From NCBI GenBank assembly GCA_027604505.1, contig JADIIX010000001.1:248001-312000 (forward strand): DNA of 64,000 bases, in the 5' to 3' direction. The translations under genes were made by a program, and so were the position numbers. Under the pieces are notes generated by a model. It saw nothing but the letters and a program-made list of their open reading frames with translations. It did not search any database and was not told the origin of the DNA. Source of the DNA: Gonapodya sp. JEL0774 (lineage: Eukaryota). Of this stretch, positions 11,381 through 25,135 are shown piece by piece. The stretch's first letter is position 1; every line of letters begins with the position of its first letter.

Positions 11381-14300
11381 ATGCATCCTCGTTTCGCTCT
11401 GCCCATCGCTTCGTGGATTCCCCGAAGTTTTCAGAACGCCTGCGTCGATGCTTATGTGGCTTCCTCGAGCTCATTTACTCTGCATACCCCTGCTTCGCGA
11501 TGCATGTCGTCGTCGAATCCTCCGATCCTCACGCCCACTTCTTCCTCCATGTCACAGCCTTCGTCTTCAAATACAAATCATAATCGATCTTCATCACAGA
11601 ATCGACCCGCGAGCCGGCCCCCCTTCCGCCAAAGAGCCAAAATCGTACCTGCATCCACCCACTCGGTGGAGTCCTCTTTATTCATTACAGCGCCTTCTCG
11701 TTCTGACCACAGAGGGAATTCTGCACTGAATGGCCATGGTAGAAGAGAAACTCGGGACTTAGAGCAATATAAGGAAGGAGAGAGGATGCGACTGGAAGAG
11801 ATTGTGTCATTGCCCGAAAGTGTGCGGGTCGTCGTAGATAAGTGAGCAGCTTCTGCATTTTCTCGGAATCCTTCAATATCGGGCTCGCTATCATAATGAA
11901 AATGTTCACCTTCCGTTGGCTGGATTATGTCCAGGTTTACGTCCCCAAGGTCCCGGAGAAGCGTAGACGACGCGTGGAATGGTTGGTGTTAAAACAGTGA
12001 TTCCGGTGCTGTGCTGCTCTCGGATACATGCATTTGCTGTCTAGGAGCTTCCCAGCGAACCATCTGAAGACGGTGTTGGGTGTGCTTTGTGGAATGTGTT
12101 CAGGCTGAATCCTGTGATTACATATGGAACCCCTTTGATTCTTGCGAATTGAGTAGATGCATTTGTTCTAGGTTTGGAAGAACCAACCGCGGCGTAAACT
12201 CCTCTAGTCGCGGTAGACCTTTATACTGAGCTCATCCTTATCCATGTCCTTAGCCTACCTCCACCTCCTCACTCACAACCCACAACTCGCCCGTGTCCAC
12301 TTTTCTCGCGCCGACTTCGTCCACGTGCATCGGAGTGTCGCGAAACGGTATTGGGGGGACACACCACAAGATGCCCGAAGGGCGGTGGAAAGGGTGAGGA
12401 GGGTCATGAGCGATATGGAGATAATTTTGGTGTCCGACGAAAAACGGGGTGGTGACGAAGTGGATGGAGATCAATCAAGGAGCGGAAGGCATGGAACGAC
12501 CTCACTAGAACTCACCACCAACATTACTACTCCAACAATTCTTACCGCTCACGAGTACGCCTCTCTCGCCGCCGCACTCCGCTATGACACGCTCGGCGGG
12601 CCATTTACACCTCAACGGGCCAAAGCATTGTTTGCGGAAATGGACGACAGAGGAATACCTGTACATACCCGAGTGATCAATTTAGTGTTAGATGGACTTG
12701 GGAAATCTGTGCCTCCCATGACTGCCGATGTCGTCCGGAGTGAGAACGGTCTCGACACATTAAATTCGCCGATGGTCGAAGCGGCGAGAGAGACATGGAA
12801 GTACGCAGGAGAGTTGGTCGATGAGGAGATGGTGAAGCGTAAGATCTTTCCGGATGTGGTCACTCTTACAGCGCTTCTCGACCTAGCTGGACGCACCGTG
12901 CTGACCCCGTCCTCTTCCTTGTGCAACGGAGACACTGTAAAATACTCTGACTCTGATCCCATACCAGCGAACCTCTCCTCGTGGCCCCGTCGGGACACCA
13001 CGAAGGAACTCTCCAGCACCAGTTCCTTCAAACATCCTCTCCAACCCGATACCTTCCTCCGGCTCTTCCGTACCCTCTTCCCATTTCACCATGTTTCGCC
13101 GAATGTCTTCTCCTACACTGTAGTCATCTCGCATCTCGCCCGAGCTGGCAAACTCAGGTGGGCAGCAGCGCTGCTAAACGAGGCAGTGGAGGATCATCGC
13201 GTGGGACAGTTGACGGAAGGTCCGTTCGCGACCTTAGTGGGGGCGCTGGTGAAGAAGGTGCAGGAGGTGGTTGCCAGCGGTGATGGTGGCACTACGCGGT
13301 TCGACCCGCTGGGAGGCGGGAAGGACCCGAAACTTCACCGGTTGTCGCAATTGCAAACCTGGGCGTGCGACTTGGTTCACAGAAGCATTGCAGCCCACGT
13401 GATGCCCAACCCTGGAATGGTTGGCGACTGGATGAGCGTCATGTACCCCGAGGGATTGCTCGAAGCACCACCGGTTTCAAACAACCAGAGTCCGTTTCCG
13501 CTTATCTACATACCCTTGGCGGCACAGTTCAATCCTGGGACCCGCTTCTCCCCTCCCCCGCCCCCCCCCGGTGCCTTCCACATCCCGTTCTCCCACCTCG
13601 TATCTTCCGTTGCTGAGTCCAGCCGTATTCTCCGTCAACTTCGTCGCCGTTTGGAGATCGGGAGAGAACGCAATCCGAACAAAGAGCTTTCGTCTGGCTT
13701 CCTACAGTTTACCGCGGTGCAGCGGCATTTGGGGGGATTGGCTGCAATTGCTGGATTGTCTGGGAAGGCAGTTGTGTTTACCGCTGCAGGGAATGTACCA
13801 AGGAGGACGAACAAAGTAGGAGAAGCCCTCGGTCTTCAGGATACTGGAACTGATTTAACCCTCGACGTTGTCCGGGAGTTTGACGATTGGCACCACTTTT
13901 TTACCACTTTTGGCTACGATACCAAACGTAATAGGATTTTTAAAGATATTCGACGCAGCCAAATGTCAGATGAAGGGGAGAGATGTGAGCGCTCGTCGAG
14001 AGACCAGTTTGCCGCACTCAGAGTGTATACACTCTCCGCCATTGGAGACGTGGAAGCCGCGGAAAAAGTGCTTTGGCAGTCCACAGATTCTATGATCTCG
14101 GGACCACCAGATTGGATGTCATTGATCTACGTTATGGATGGGTACTCCGCTAGGGGACGAAGGGAGGATGTGATACGAGTGTTTGAAAGGGCATATTGGG
14201 GATGGCGGGGCCGCACTGTGGATGTGATGTCTGGGAGACGAGGTACCATTGCTCTGAACTTCCCCTTCGGACTCTATCTCACCGCCCTGTTTGGTGAGGG

Positions 14301-15690
14301 GCAGTGGGCGCGCAAAGTTGAATTGTTGCGAACAGAGACGCACAACCAGGAGGAGCTTGCAGTCGGGAATGAGGACGGCGACGGGGTCACCACTAGTTCG
14401 TGGCGTAGAGATATAGTACCAGGAGACGTTACAGCCGAAACTGTTCAAAGATCCATGAAGCTTCTGGATGATACAGAATCAACGGAGCGAGGGGGCATAT
14501 TCGGGCCGTTGACGCCGACCGATAAGATGCAGATTGCAGGAGCCCTGTGGCATGAAGGGTCAATCTTAAGCCAGAAACGGGCACTTCAAATTATTGCGGA
14601 GTTTCCTGTGTTTTCCTCCCTCCCTCAATATGCGGAAACATTGAAGGAAAGGGGAACTGAGGGAACGAAGCTTGCAATCAGTGACAACCTTCTCCTTCGG
14701 GCGCTCGCCAAAACCGGTCAGATTGAAAGTTCTCTTGACGTTGCGGAGGCTTTAGCGCGATTGGGACCACAACTTCCAATTTCTCCATCGGCTTTCTCTA
14801 CGATGCTTAGGACTGTAGCTTCGAACGGCACCCCTGAACAACATCTTCGAGCGCTTCGCATTGTAGATTCCGTGCGTCGTTGTGGTATGTCCATCGGCAC
14901 TGCAGGATATCACAGTGCAATGCGCATGTATTCGGCGCTGAATGATTTGCCTGGCGCCGAGGCGTTGCTGGACTCGATGCTTGCCGAAGGTGTGAAGCCT
15001 CATATCGGCACCTTTGTAACTTTACTAGACATGCTGTCCAAGGGCAAAGAAGTTACTCGCATGGAAGCCCTATTTTCGGTGATTGCAAATATGGGAATTG
15101 AGGTGGTGCCACAGACCTCTGTGTGGGCTGCAGTTGCCGACTGCTACTCACGAGTTGGCCTCTGGTCCAACGTTTTGGGGGTATGGAACACTGTGCGCCA
15201 GTTCGCAGCTCGCGGTGTGATCCCCATCAATATCGGTATGGTTTGCGTCGTGCTAGATGCCCTTGGTCACACTGGGCGATCAACAGAGCTGGATGTAGTG
15301 TGGGAGGAGGTCGTCGCAGAGGCCCCTCACACACTCAAAAGTGAGAACGTTTGGAATTCCCGCGTTGAAGCTCTGTTGCGAATCGGACAGATCGAAAGGG
15401 CTCGATGCTGTATCCAAGAAGAGATGGTCACCTACGGGATACCGCCTTCCAGTAAAACTATTGGAACTTTCTCGTTTCCCCTACTCGGACGTTTGTGGAG
15501 TCAAGATGCAGCTAATGTGCTGAAAAACTTTTTGTTGTGGTGTCGAAAGAACGGACATGAGGAGCAATTGACGGCTCTTGTGGAGGAGGTAAACAGACCT
15601 CTGATTATGGAGAGACTCCAGAAAGTACTTGCTAGTCTCGAAGGAAATAGGTATGGACAAACTCATAGGTTGGGCAGGTGGAAGAATTGA
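11381..15690 (+). CDS. Pentatricopeptide-repeat (PPR) protein, probably mitochondrial
   Basis: The 1148-aa exon 12244-15690 has PPR motifs (PDVVTLTALLD, PNVFSYTVVISHLARAG, YHSAMRMYSALNDLPGAEALLDSMLAEGVKPHIGTFVTLLD, VWNSRVEALLRIGQ). The upstream Ser/Arg-rich exon from ATG 11381 resembles a presequence; the 5' splicing at 11841-12216 is uncertain. Confidence 0.88.
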
Positions 15691-16217
15691 CAACTCAGAT
15701 CAAACGCCGAAATGATGGAAATCGACCCACAGATGGCAGGCCTGACAGTTTGTTGTTGTGGAGTTCTCACTCACATCATCATTAGCACCGTGTGGTTGAA
15801 AGTCCAAGGAACTTGCAGACCACCATTAGCACATTTCTTCTCTTCTTAAGTTATTTAGTGCACAATATCACATACCACGTTCCACATCTTTCACGCAAAC
15901 CTGTGGATAACCGCTGTGCCCCTGCGCCATTGTTCTCGTCTACTCGCCGTGCAACAGAATCCCGCAGCAGTCATAATGTGGTGGCATGTTTCCGCCCTAT
16001 CCGGTTCAAGTCATTGGAGTCTAGTGACGGTGACACGCTTTTACGAGATATTGGCTGTTTCAATTCCTTTATTTCTTTCCGTTTTAAGTGTGCTAAGTGT
16101 CATTTTATGTAGCATTTCATTGAGTAGGTGGTTGGGATATGATTCGTGTCCTCAAACTTCGTTTCGTTATATTTTTTGGACGAGGTCCTTTCATGGTGTT
16201 TTCTTTCAATCTTTGGA

Positions 16218-19200
16218 TTACTGTTGTGCAGCCGGATGAGTTCCCGATGAAACCGTTTCCTGAGATTCAACACAAAACTTTTTAACCGGTCTCGACGTTT
16301 GAGTGTCTTGAGTAACCATCACGTCGCATTCATCATCCTTCCGCTTTCGCTTGAGTAACTGCAGTTCATTTTTCGCATCCAGACCACCATCCAGGATCAC
16401 AAGGGAGGCAGAGGACAGAGTAGTGTCGGTAAGACTGGAGGAGGAGAAGAGGGAGGGGAGGGACAAGCGAGCAATCACGGGCACTATCGTTTTGTTTAGC
16501 AGAGCGGACGACTCTGGTGCGATAATTGATCTCGTTGTTTTGAATTTGGGTCCACGAAATGGTACGATCACGATGACGGAGCAAGAACTGTGAGAACGAT
16601 GTGTTGATGCATTATCGATAACCCTCCCCGTTCTGGTGGGGTTTGCATGCCGCTTCGTAGCATCGCGGTCAACGGAAGATACCGACGCTTTTAATTTTCC
16701 TCGACTACTGACATCCCGACTCCTGACTGTAATCCCTCCAGAACGTACCAAGCTTTTCCTTGTCCATGATACGCTCCCAAACTTTCCGTCAGCGGCAGCA
16801 GCAGAGGAGTTTGCGCGATGCAAACTCGTCCTATCCACACTGTTGTTCTCTTTCCTTGATCTGCTTCCCCCTCCAGCGATACAATAGTCGGAATTAGGCG
16901 CTGGTGGTACAAACGCGATATCGTTGGTGCGTCGAATTGCTTGAACCTGCTCTCCACAATAGTGAAGTGAGGTGGTCCCAGCAGATGCCGCGCTCACAAT
17001 TTCCGAAATTGTCGGCTTGGAGGGTTCCCCAAAGGTTCTCGTGAAGCGGCTCTGACAATTCATTTCCAATCCTGCTTGTGTTGCCTGGTCTTGAAGGTTC
17101 ACATAACCATCACAGCGAGAGGTAGAGACTGCAGCGAGCATGTCTAAACCGAATGCGGCAGCGAAAGGCGGAGGAAGTCCGATGGCGAAATTTTCAAACT
17201 CCAGATTCTTCGCGGATGTTGACGTATCAGAGTTAAACAACGTGGAGGTACTGTCTGAAGGGATCCTGATGGGAGAGCTTTTGGCACAACAGTGGTTTGA
17301 TTCGGGGTCTTTAGAGGCGGAGGCAAGTGCAACAATCCGACTCGTGAACTCCGAAGAATTCAAAAAAGACGGAATATCTAGCAGCAAAGCCCGTCAGCGC
17401 ATCAGTTCGGCCGTCAACCACGGTCTCAAGTTTTCTCTCTCAGAAGAGCTTGATACTCACTGCCATTTTCCTCAGCCTCCACTGCCGATGTCGCAACCGC
17501 CGCGTCCAAAAGAGTTTCCAATATATCGCGAACACCGCTACCGTCAGATGAACCCGGTGATGTGCTTCTCTCTGCACCAGATCCGGCGGACCTCTGAGAG
17601 TACACGTTCCTTTGATTACTATCAGCGGTGGATTCTCCTCCAGATGCAAAACTGCTCTCCTTGAAGCCGTCCGTGTACATGGACCTACTGGCAACACCAA
17701 GCGTGGGCCACTTGCCACCCCCAGACTTCCTTTCAGTCTTCGCCCTTGCCCTAGCTTCTATTTTGATTCTTCGATCTACCTCCTTCAAAAACGAAGATCT
17801 TTGCGACCTCTCCCTTGCGCTACCTCCATCCTTTTGGTCTTGCTTGGCTACAAGCTTCCGGAAATTGTGACACTTGACGGGGACGAAGTTTTGCTTCTTG
17901 AGATAATAGAGCTCTACAACATCAGATACTTTCTTGGGAAACTGCAGTGCCCCATCTTCCATATCCAGAGCCGCATTGAGTTTGGTCTTTTCAGAAGGTC
18001 CTCGAGAAGCAATGCTTGCCAGTGTCTTGGCGCAATCTCTGAAGTCCTTTTTCTCGAGCCACAACATCGCATCTACGGCCTTCAGTTCATCAGAACTCCA
18101 AACAGCGCGCCGGGATCGCAGTATAGAAAGCTCCAGCTCGGGGTCTGTCACAAGCCGAGTTGTTTCACCCACGTAGCTTCGCATGTTTGGTGTCATGTTC
18201 ACCGGAAGGTTGGGGAACTGGGGGTTGGAGGCTTGCTTGTGTGGGGAGCGAGAGCGTGCGCGAGAAGAAGGGGACGGGCCGGGTTGCGAAGTGAAGCGTG
18301 CTGGTTGTGGCAAATTCGCCATATGGCATGGAGGTTGTGTGATACTCGGGACCCTACTGTCCACATCCACCAACATCATGTCTGGCTTGCACTCTTGATC
18401 CCTAGACTTTCCCATTTCCCTTTGAAGAATAGTGCTCCCAATCTCATCGCCGAAAACAATCTTGCCATCGACAAGGCTCCAGTCGAGTTTCGGAGTATTT
18501 CGCCAGGACTCGGAGAATTTGTCCATCGAAATACCATTCCTCACAATGTTCACGTGTGCACCGGTGGAGGTGGACCTGAGTGGAAAAGACGCTGCAGTTG
18601 AGCAATGATGAGCAACGATAGCGAGTTTCGCTTTTCCCTCCACGATGACCATCTTCACATCATCAGCATCGTACGTCATGAGACCATCGATTTGTATCGG
18701 ACCATCGCCGTGTACCCGCGTCCCGTCTTGGAATTCTGTCGCACCAGCGCCGCCAGCTGGTCGCACAAGCGATTCACCCGACGAAAGACGTCTTCCTCGA
18801 TGATCCCATCCCGCTGGTGGCGGTGGTATCTGAGCTCCAAGCGCGGGATGCCAAATCCTGGCTTTTTTGTCACCGCTGGGTTTCGGGCGAGCGTACGCAA
18901 GGGGATCGGGAACGCTTTGCTGAACTTGGCGAGAGCGCGTGCGTGAGTATGCCAGTGGGTCAAGTTCGATATTCGACCGAGAAGTACGGTAGGGGGATGG
19001 GATCCGAGGTTTTGAGGAAGCTGGGGGAGGCGCCCTTCGAGTTTTGATGGACGGTTGGGGCACAAGGGAGGACCGCCTCACGTTCACGTCGGGACTCGCC
19101 ATTGGAGCAGAAGGAGATAATACCACCGGTGTGGTTATGGCGGTGGTGGAAAGTGTTGGTGCGCGTGGGTTCTCAGGTGAGGTTGGGGTTCCTAGTGATT

Positions 19201-20014
19201 GCCCTGCCGGGTTTGCACTCAGCACTGGGCAGGATACGTGCGATTGGGGCTGTGGGGGGACGACTCGAATACGCAAAATTGCTGGTGAGCGAGTGGGGGA
19301 AGTGGAAACAGCCGCTGGTGTGGTTGGAAGTTCGGAACTGGTTGTCAGCTCAGAAATGGCGATTCTCAAGGGATTGGCAAGGGAAGCTGTGGTAGTGCTA
19401 GAACTTGAACGCATGCTCTCACAGTTTTTTTCTGAGCAGAAGGAAGAGAGCAGGGGATTCAGCGAGAATGTCTTGAAACCAGCGGTGAGACGTACCTGAC
19501 GTGGAGGCAGCGGAGACCACAGTGCATTCACCCGCTACCACAGGGGCGATTGAAGACCCAGGAGATGTGAGTCTAACTGTAGCACGGACATCTGTGCGAG
19601 CGAGACGGTTATGGCGATGAGCAGTGAAGGGCGCGTGTCAACCGTTTCCGAAATACAGCACCCACCGGGACCCAATCGAACACAGGGTTGGAAATGAGAG
19701 TTCGGTAATGACCCGGGCGAGTCCACAAAGTGGGTAGGAGCAAGCGAGATTGAGGGAGAGTGGAGGGAAGCGTGCGGAGTGAGAGGCCGTTGGGAAGACT
19801 TTTCGTTGCGTGAGGTGAAGAGCACATGGGCAAGCGACCCAGGCACCGGAGTAGGTAGGCGTGGAGGCAAGGAGGTATGAAGATCCGAAACAGTTCCCCC
19901 AGCGATGGTCGGCGTGTGGATGCTGGCACAAGGTTCACCAAGACTGTCGGTTTTGCAGGTGAAGGCCGAGACCAACTGGTGCGGCATCTGAGATGGCGGA
20001 AGAGCCGGATGCAT
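16218..20014 (-). CDS. Large disordered nuclear protein with one SANT/Myb-like domain (Snt1/NCoR-type motif)
   Basis: In-phase introns at ~19666-19592, 19496-19432 and 17460-17379. WSSDELKAVDAMLWLEKKDFRDCAKTL...KKVSDVVELYYLKK resembles SANT W....E...K.F..IA..L..KTV.ECV.YYY..K. C-terminal NLS-like KRKRK...PVKK. Confidence 0.65.
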
Positions 20015-20541
20015 GGACACAGAATAGAACAGATGCAGGAGCGCAGGCTGCGATCGCACCGACGGGTGGCTGCTGTTGCTTTTGGTCGCTGTGAGCAGGT
20101 TGTGGAAGAGTGGGAACCATCAATGAGGCTTATTCAGATTAACCGGCCGATCCCCTGCTCCATCAATTCACCGCACACCCAAATGTAAAATTCATTACCG
20201 AGCTCTGACACCTCCATTATATAATACATTAGCATATGATGAACCGGAGGTGCGTTGTTTGAGAACTCAATCACTTGGATCTCCACTGCTGGCTGGCCGT
20301 GACAAAAGTCTCAGGAGATCTGAACTCGCGCATTAGATTAAAAAAATTCAGAAGCAAAGCTAACTTGTGAGTTTGTTTCTTCGACAATAAAGTTGTCTCA
20401 GTGTTCGCCGTGTACATTCAGTACAGTAGACACGAGGCAGCATCATGAGTTGGAGTCCAATTTCGTTTGGTCAATCACTGAGACTTTTAATCACCCACTT
20501 ACATCACATCACAGAGCTACGATATTCTATCCCGGATCGAA

Positions 20542-23500
20542 ATGCATGGCCGCTCCCTCTCCCAGGGAGATGCCGAGCGTATTCTGGATCTCTTTCTAAC
20601 TACCAACGCCGTTCGGTCGCTTCCTCTAAAGGGATCAAGGAACGCCAAAGAAACTAGAAATGGGAACGTGAAACTAGGTAAAATTCAGAATGAAAAGCCG
20701 CGGGATGTTGATAAGCCTGGGCGAGCATTTGAAGATCCCACTGCCAGAAATGGGTCCTTGGAGGACGAGGACGAGGACGAGGACCCGGACTGGGAAGTCG
20801 CATCACAGGTCTCGCTCGTGTCTTTGGTCTCTGCACCGTCGTCGCCGGCACGTTCTGCACCTCCGATTCCGTCCCTCAGCGTCCAAAGACCCTCGCCGGT
20901 TCGCCTCGCTCCACCAGCTTCCGGTGCTCCGCGAGCATCACAAGCTCGACAAGCAACTGCAGCCTCTGCAATCTCTGAGCTTTCCCATCTCCGAGGCTGG
21001 ACACCTTGGGGTCCTTCACCGCAGCGCTCGCAATCCGTCGGTGACGGGCACTGGGGCACGGGAATCAAACCCCCCACTGACTTTGACCAAGAAAATTTGG
21101 AGCTGGAATCTCCAGACTCGCTCGAGTCTCTTCTGCCACTCTTCGACCCATCAGAGTCACGGGCTGCCCGCCGGGCACTCCTCGACGGTCTCGTGGAACT
21201 TCGTGACAGGGCCAGGGAGAGGCTCGCGAAGGAAAAGAAGGAACGAGACATGTCCAGCGGTCTTGGTGAGCATCGTCACAAAGACCTCCAGGAGGGAGTC
21301 CCCGCAAACAATCCCCAGTATAGTTCGACGGAACGACCTCTCCGTAGTCATTCAGACGAAATGGAGCCAAGCCTAGTTCTACCTCTGACTGCTGCTTCGG
21401 GTCGCTTGGAGCATGTGGAAGTAGGAGTTAAAGGGGCAGGGGACGGAGCTGATGGCAAGTACCGTGCGGATTCGATGCCGGTCCAATGTATCAACAAAAA
21501 CTCCAACCTCATATCATCATTCAGTCGCCCATCCATCTCCATCACCTACGTTTCTCACGGCAACTGAACTATCGGATGACTTGCTCACATTTGCTGAGGA
21601 TCTCCAACCTAAGCAAAAATCTCCCTGCCGCTTCACGGTGTGCACAGAGTGCAGGGCCAAGTTCAAAGCGTGTCTGGAACATTGTCTCACGAAAAAAGAT
21701 GGAAATGAAAGCACGGTTGGGGCACGGAGTCGACCCGGCGAACGGGTGTGCTCACCCACCCCAAACAAGACCTGCACCGATGTCAGAACGGACGACGCCA
21801 CAGAGCCAGTACCAACATCGTATCCTCCATTCACCCTTCCCCTGCCACCGATTCTGCCTACCGTTTATTCCAGCTCCAGTCCAACCAAAGACCCCCCATT
21901 TTTCAGGATTCTTCCGGATCCGACACCTCTGCCCCCTCCACTTGATCCAACTCGCTCTCTCAGAGTTGTTGCTCGAGCCGGCGTCGCACGAGTCGGTGGA
22001 GCCCGAACGGAATGGGGAAGGGTCATTGGGGCCTTTAAGGGTGGTAGACCAGGGGGAGTGGGCAATGCAAAGAGGAGAACCTCGGACACTGAAAGTGCAG
22101 CCACCCCGATGGTTTCTGTTCCTCTCGTACGCACTGGAGCCTCTCCCCCCACGATTCCTGCTCAATCATCTCCCGCCCCGTCCGTTCCTTCTCTGCCACC
22201 AGCTTTACCTCAATCAGACCTTCTCCACCTCTTCAATCACTTCTCATCTTCGCCACCAACACTTTCTCGTGCCCAGCAGCCTCGCGGCCCTCCCACCCTT
22301 TTGACTCACCTCAAGCCTCTCCTGTCCGCCCAGCGCTCACTCCAACCAACTTTACGCAACCGCACTGCGGCCTTGCACGCTTCCTCATCACTTATAGTAC
22401 AACTTCGTGCCCGTCTCTTGGCAGCACAGGCTGCCTGTGCAGGTGCAGAAGAAAGCAAGGAAATAGAAGCCGGGAAGCTGAGGAAAGATGTGGGACGAGT
22501 CGCAGAATTGTACGGTAAATTGGTAAAGGCTGGAGTTGTCGCCGAGGAGGGCAGGAGACAAGTAAGTTTTCGGCATGAAGTGCCCAAGGGCTAGGTTTAT
22601 TTGGAGGTTTTGTTGACATGAACGCTTTTGCTCCTGGTCAAATTGGAAACACAATCCTTCCTCAACACTATTTCGAATTGACTCTGAAAAAAGTCCCTCC
22701 GACGCCATACTGCACTCCTCGCTCATATCTCTCACCAAAATGCCTTATCGAATCAGCTTCAGTCGCGAATTAATGCTGCTCGTGCCGCTCTTCAGCAAGC
22801 GAATCTGCTCTATGTGGCAGCCGACTCTCGAGTTGGTCAACTTCGTTTGGATGCCCAACATGGTTCTGAGGTGCTCAAGGCAAGAGCAGAGGCCACGGCA
22901 GAAATGGGGAGGAAACTCGAAGTGGAGCTGGAAAAGGTGCAAGGAGAGGTTTCGGTGACCGAAGGAAAAATTGGGAAGCTGGAGGTTGAGCTCAAGGATA
23001 TGATCCGTCGAGTGGATGTCGCAGGCAGCCGTCGAGACCAGCTCCGTAGTGCCCGGGATGCTGGAACTGAATCTCTCCGAATTCGAACTGCCGAACTCGA
23101 GTCGACGCGAAGTGAGACAATGTCCCTTGCCAAAGAAAGTGCCCGACTCTCCAGGGATACGAAAGCTACTCAGGATGCGCTGGATGTCGGTGTGATGGAT
23201 CTCAAAATGAAGATTGATCGGGCAGGTACGGATTTGGAGGCAGCACTTGCTGGGAAACGGGAGGGTGAAATTCAGGCAGCTAAGCTGGCAGAAGAGGCAG
23301 TGAAAGTTAAAGAGAGAACTGCAGCGTCAAGGCGTGCGAGAGAAGTGGCCGACGATGACTTGGCTCAGAGAGTCGAGACACACGAACTACGGAAGCAGGA
23401 AGCCGAGAATCGTGAAGAACGAATGAAAGAAGCCACCGCGCAGAGCAGAAAGGAAGCGGCGGTGAATGATGCTCAGCGAAAAAAGTTCACTCACGAGGCC

Positions 23501-24649
23501 GATGCATTGCATGGAGATGTTGAAAAGCAGCTGACAATAGCCAACAATGTCACAACAGAGCATGCAGCACTGATCAAGGGAACTGCCGAGAGGGAAAAGG
23601 AACTTGGAGCAGAGGTGGACAAGGTTGTTGCTGTTACAATGCGGCAAACGGCGGATAGAGAGGAAGTAGCAAAGAAACTTGCTTCGGTCGAGGGGGAGCT
23701 GAGAGAAGCTCGAAGGAAGTTTGTGGAAGCTAGGACTTTGGCAGAGAGGTCTCGACTGGATCTGGACGATAAAGTGCGAGAGCGAGAAGCAGAACTAGCC
23801 GAGGCACAAGAGGATGCACGATATATGGCTCGGATCAAGAGTGGACTAGAGGATGATGATTGGCGATTAGTGGCCGCCTGCGCGGATGAGAAGGATCAAA
23901 TCGCAGAATATGAAATTCGGGTCGCGGTGTTGACAGAGCAGATAGCCGAGCAAGAAGCTGAGAAACAACGGTCGTCTGTTGCACAGGATCGATTGTCTGC
24001 AGAAATCAGCACACTACAGGACGAAATTCTTAAAACAGAGGTTGCCCTTGCTGAGTCGAGCTCAGCAGCTGACACTATAAGTTGTGAGCTCGCTGATGCT
24101 CGTCAAACTAGTGCGGCTGCATCGGAAGAGTCCGGCAACCGGATCTCTGCATTGCGACTCAATGTAGCAGAGATGGGTGGACGAGTTGTGGGACTCGAGG
24201 TCGATCGGGCATCACTGCTTAGACGTATTGGGAGACTGGAAGTGGACCTGGAAACTTGCAGATCGGAACTGGCAAAAGATATGGCGAGAAGCGAGAAGCT
24301 TCGAGAACGTATTCACAATGTTCGTATGGCTTCCGCTGAAGATAGTCGGATTGCTGCCGAGTTCGCGGCACTGCATTGGCGAGTTGGTACGAGGAATGAG
24401 ATGCGCACGCTGGAGAACTGGGGATTGGTGCGCTGGAGAGAACGGCGGGGCCAGGCACTTGAGCGGACTGTTGTGTCGGAGTTCCGAAGGATGAATGAAG
24501 TATGCGAGACTCTTGAAACCGCTTGGGAGATGTGGGGGCGGGCGAAGGAAGAGCTAGAGTGGGAGGAGAGGAAGCTGGCAGCGATAGGGCGTCCCCACTT
24601 TGTAGATTCAGACCCAGCTGAAGACGAGGAACCATTGGGTGAATTCTGA
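20542..24649 (+). CDS. Long coiled-coil protein with a disordered N-terminal half, family not recognised
   Basis: Three ORFs join in frame via introns 21455-21524 (GC-AG) and 22561-22756. The last exon is >600 aa of E/A/R/L heptad sequence; small Cys cluster CRFTVCTECRAKFKACLEHC. Confidence 0.8.
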
Positions 24650-25135
24650 CAGTGCAAAAGGGCCATACGAACATTGTGATTGGGAGTTTCTCTGTGTGCC
24701 TAGATTTTCGGTTTATAGCCACGCTGTCTGAATGCAAATTACCTCAAACGCAGCACAATAAGATTCTTGGAGCTCTCTGTTCCACCTAGTTCATAGGCCC
24801 GCTTTTGCTTTGTCATCGGACATGTGCAGTTTCCGAAAGTTCACCCTTTTGTGACTGTTCCAGATCCCCGATTCTCAACCCGATGCAATTTCATGTTAGT
24901 ACATAATGTTTACGTTATAGACTGGACTTTCATTGGAGGCAGAAACGTACGTGTTAGGCACGTTCGACAGTTACAACGTGCTCCCTCTCCAATAGAAAGC
25001 GCTGATTTCTACACCGCAATGTTCCATAAGATCGACTCATATCAGTCAAGCTTTTAAAATATATTGAGAGTTTCTTCGTAAACGCGTAATAGAAAAGATA
25101 TATAGCACAGCTTCCTTTCGGTGACCGTTTATGGC

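Noticed and set aside
17612..18601. 329-aa plus-strand ORF, and similar antisense ORFs elsewhere
   Set aside because: Antisense shadow of a real coding exon with no motifs
20761..20784. (GAGGAC)4 repeat; also the poly-C run at ~13555-13569
   Set aside because: In-frame coding microsatellites (EDEDEDED; poly-Pro), not CRISPR or phase-variation tracts
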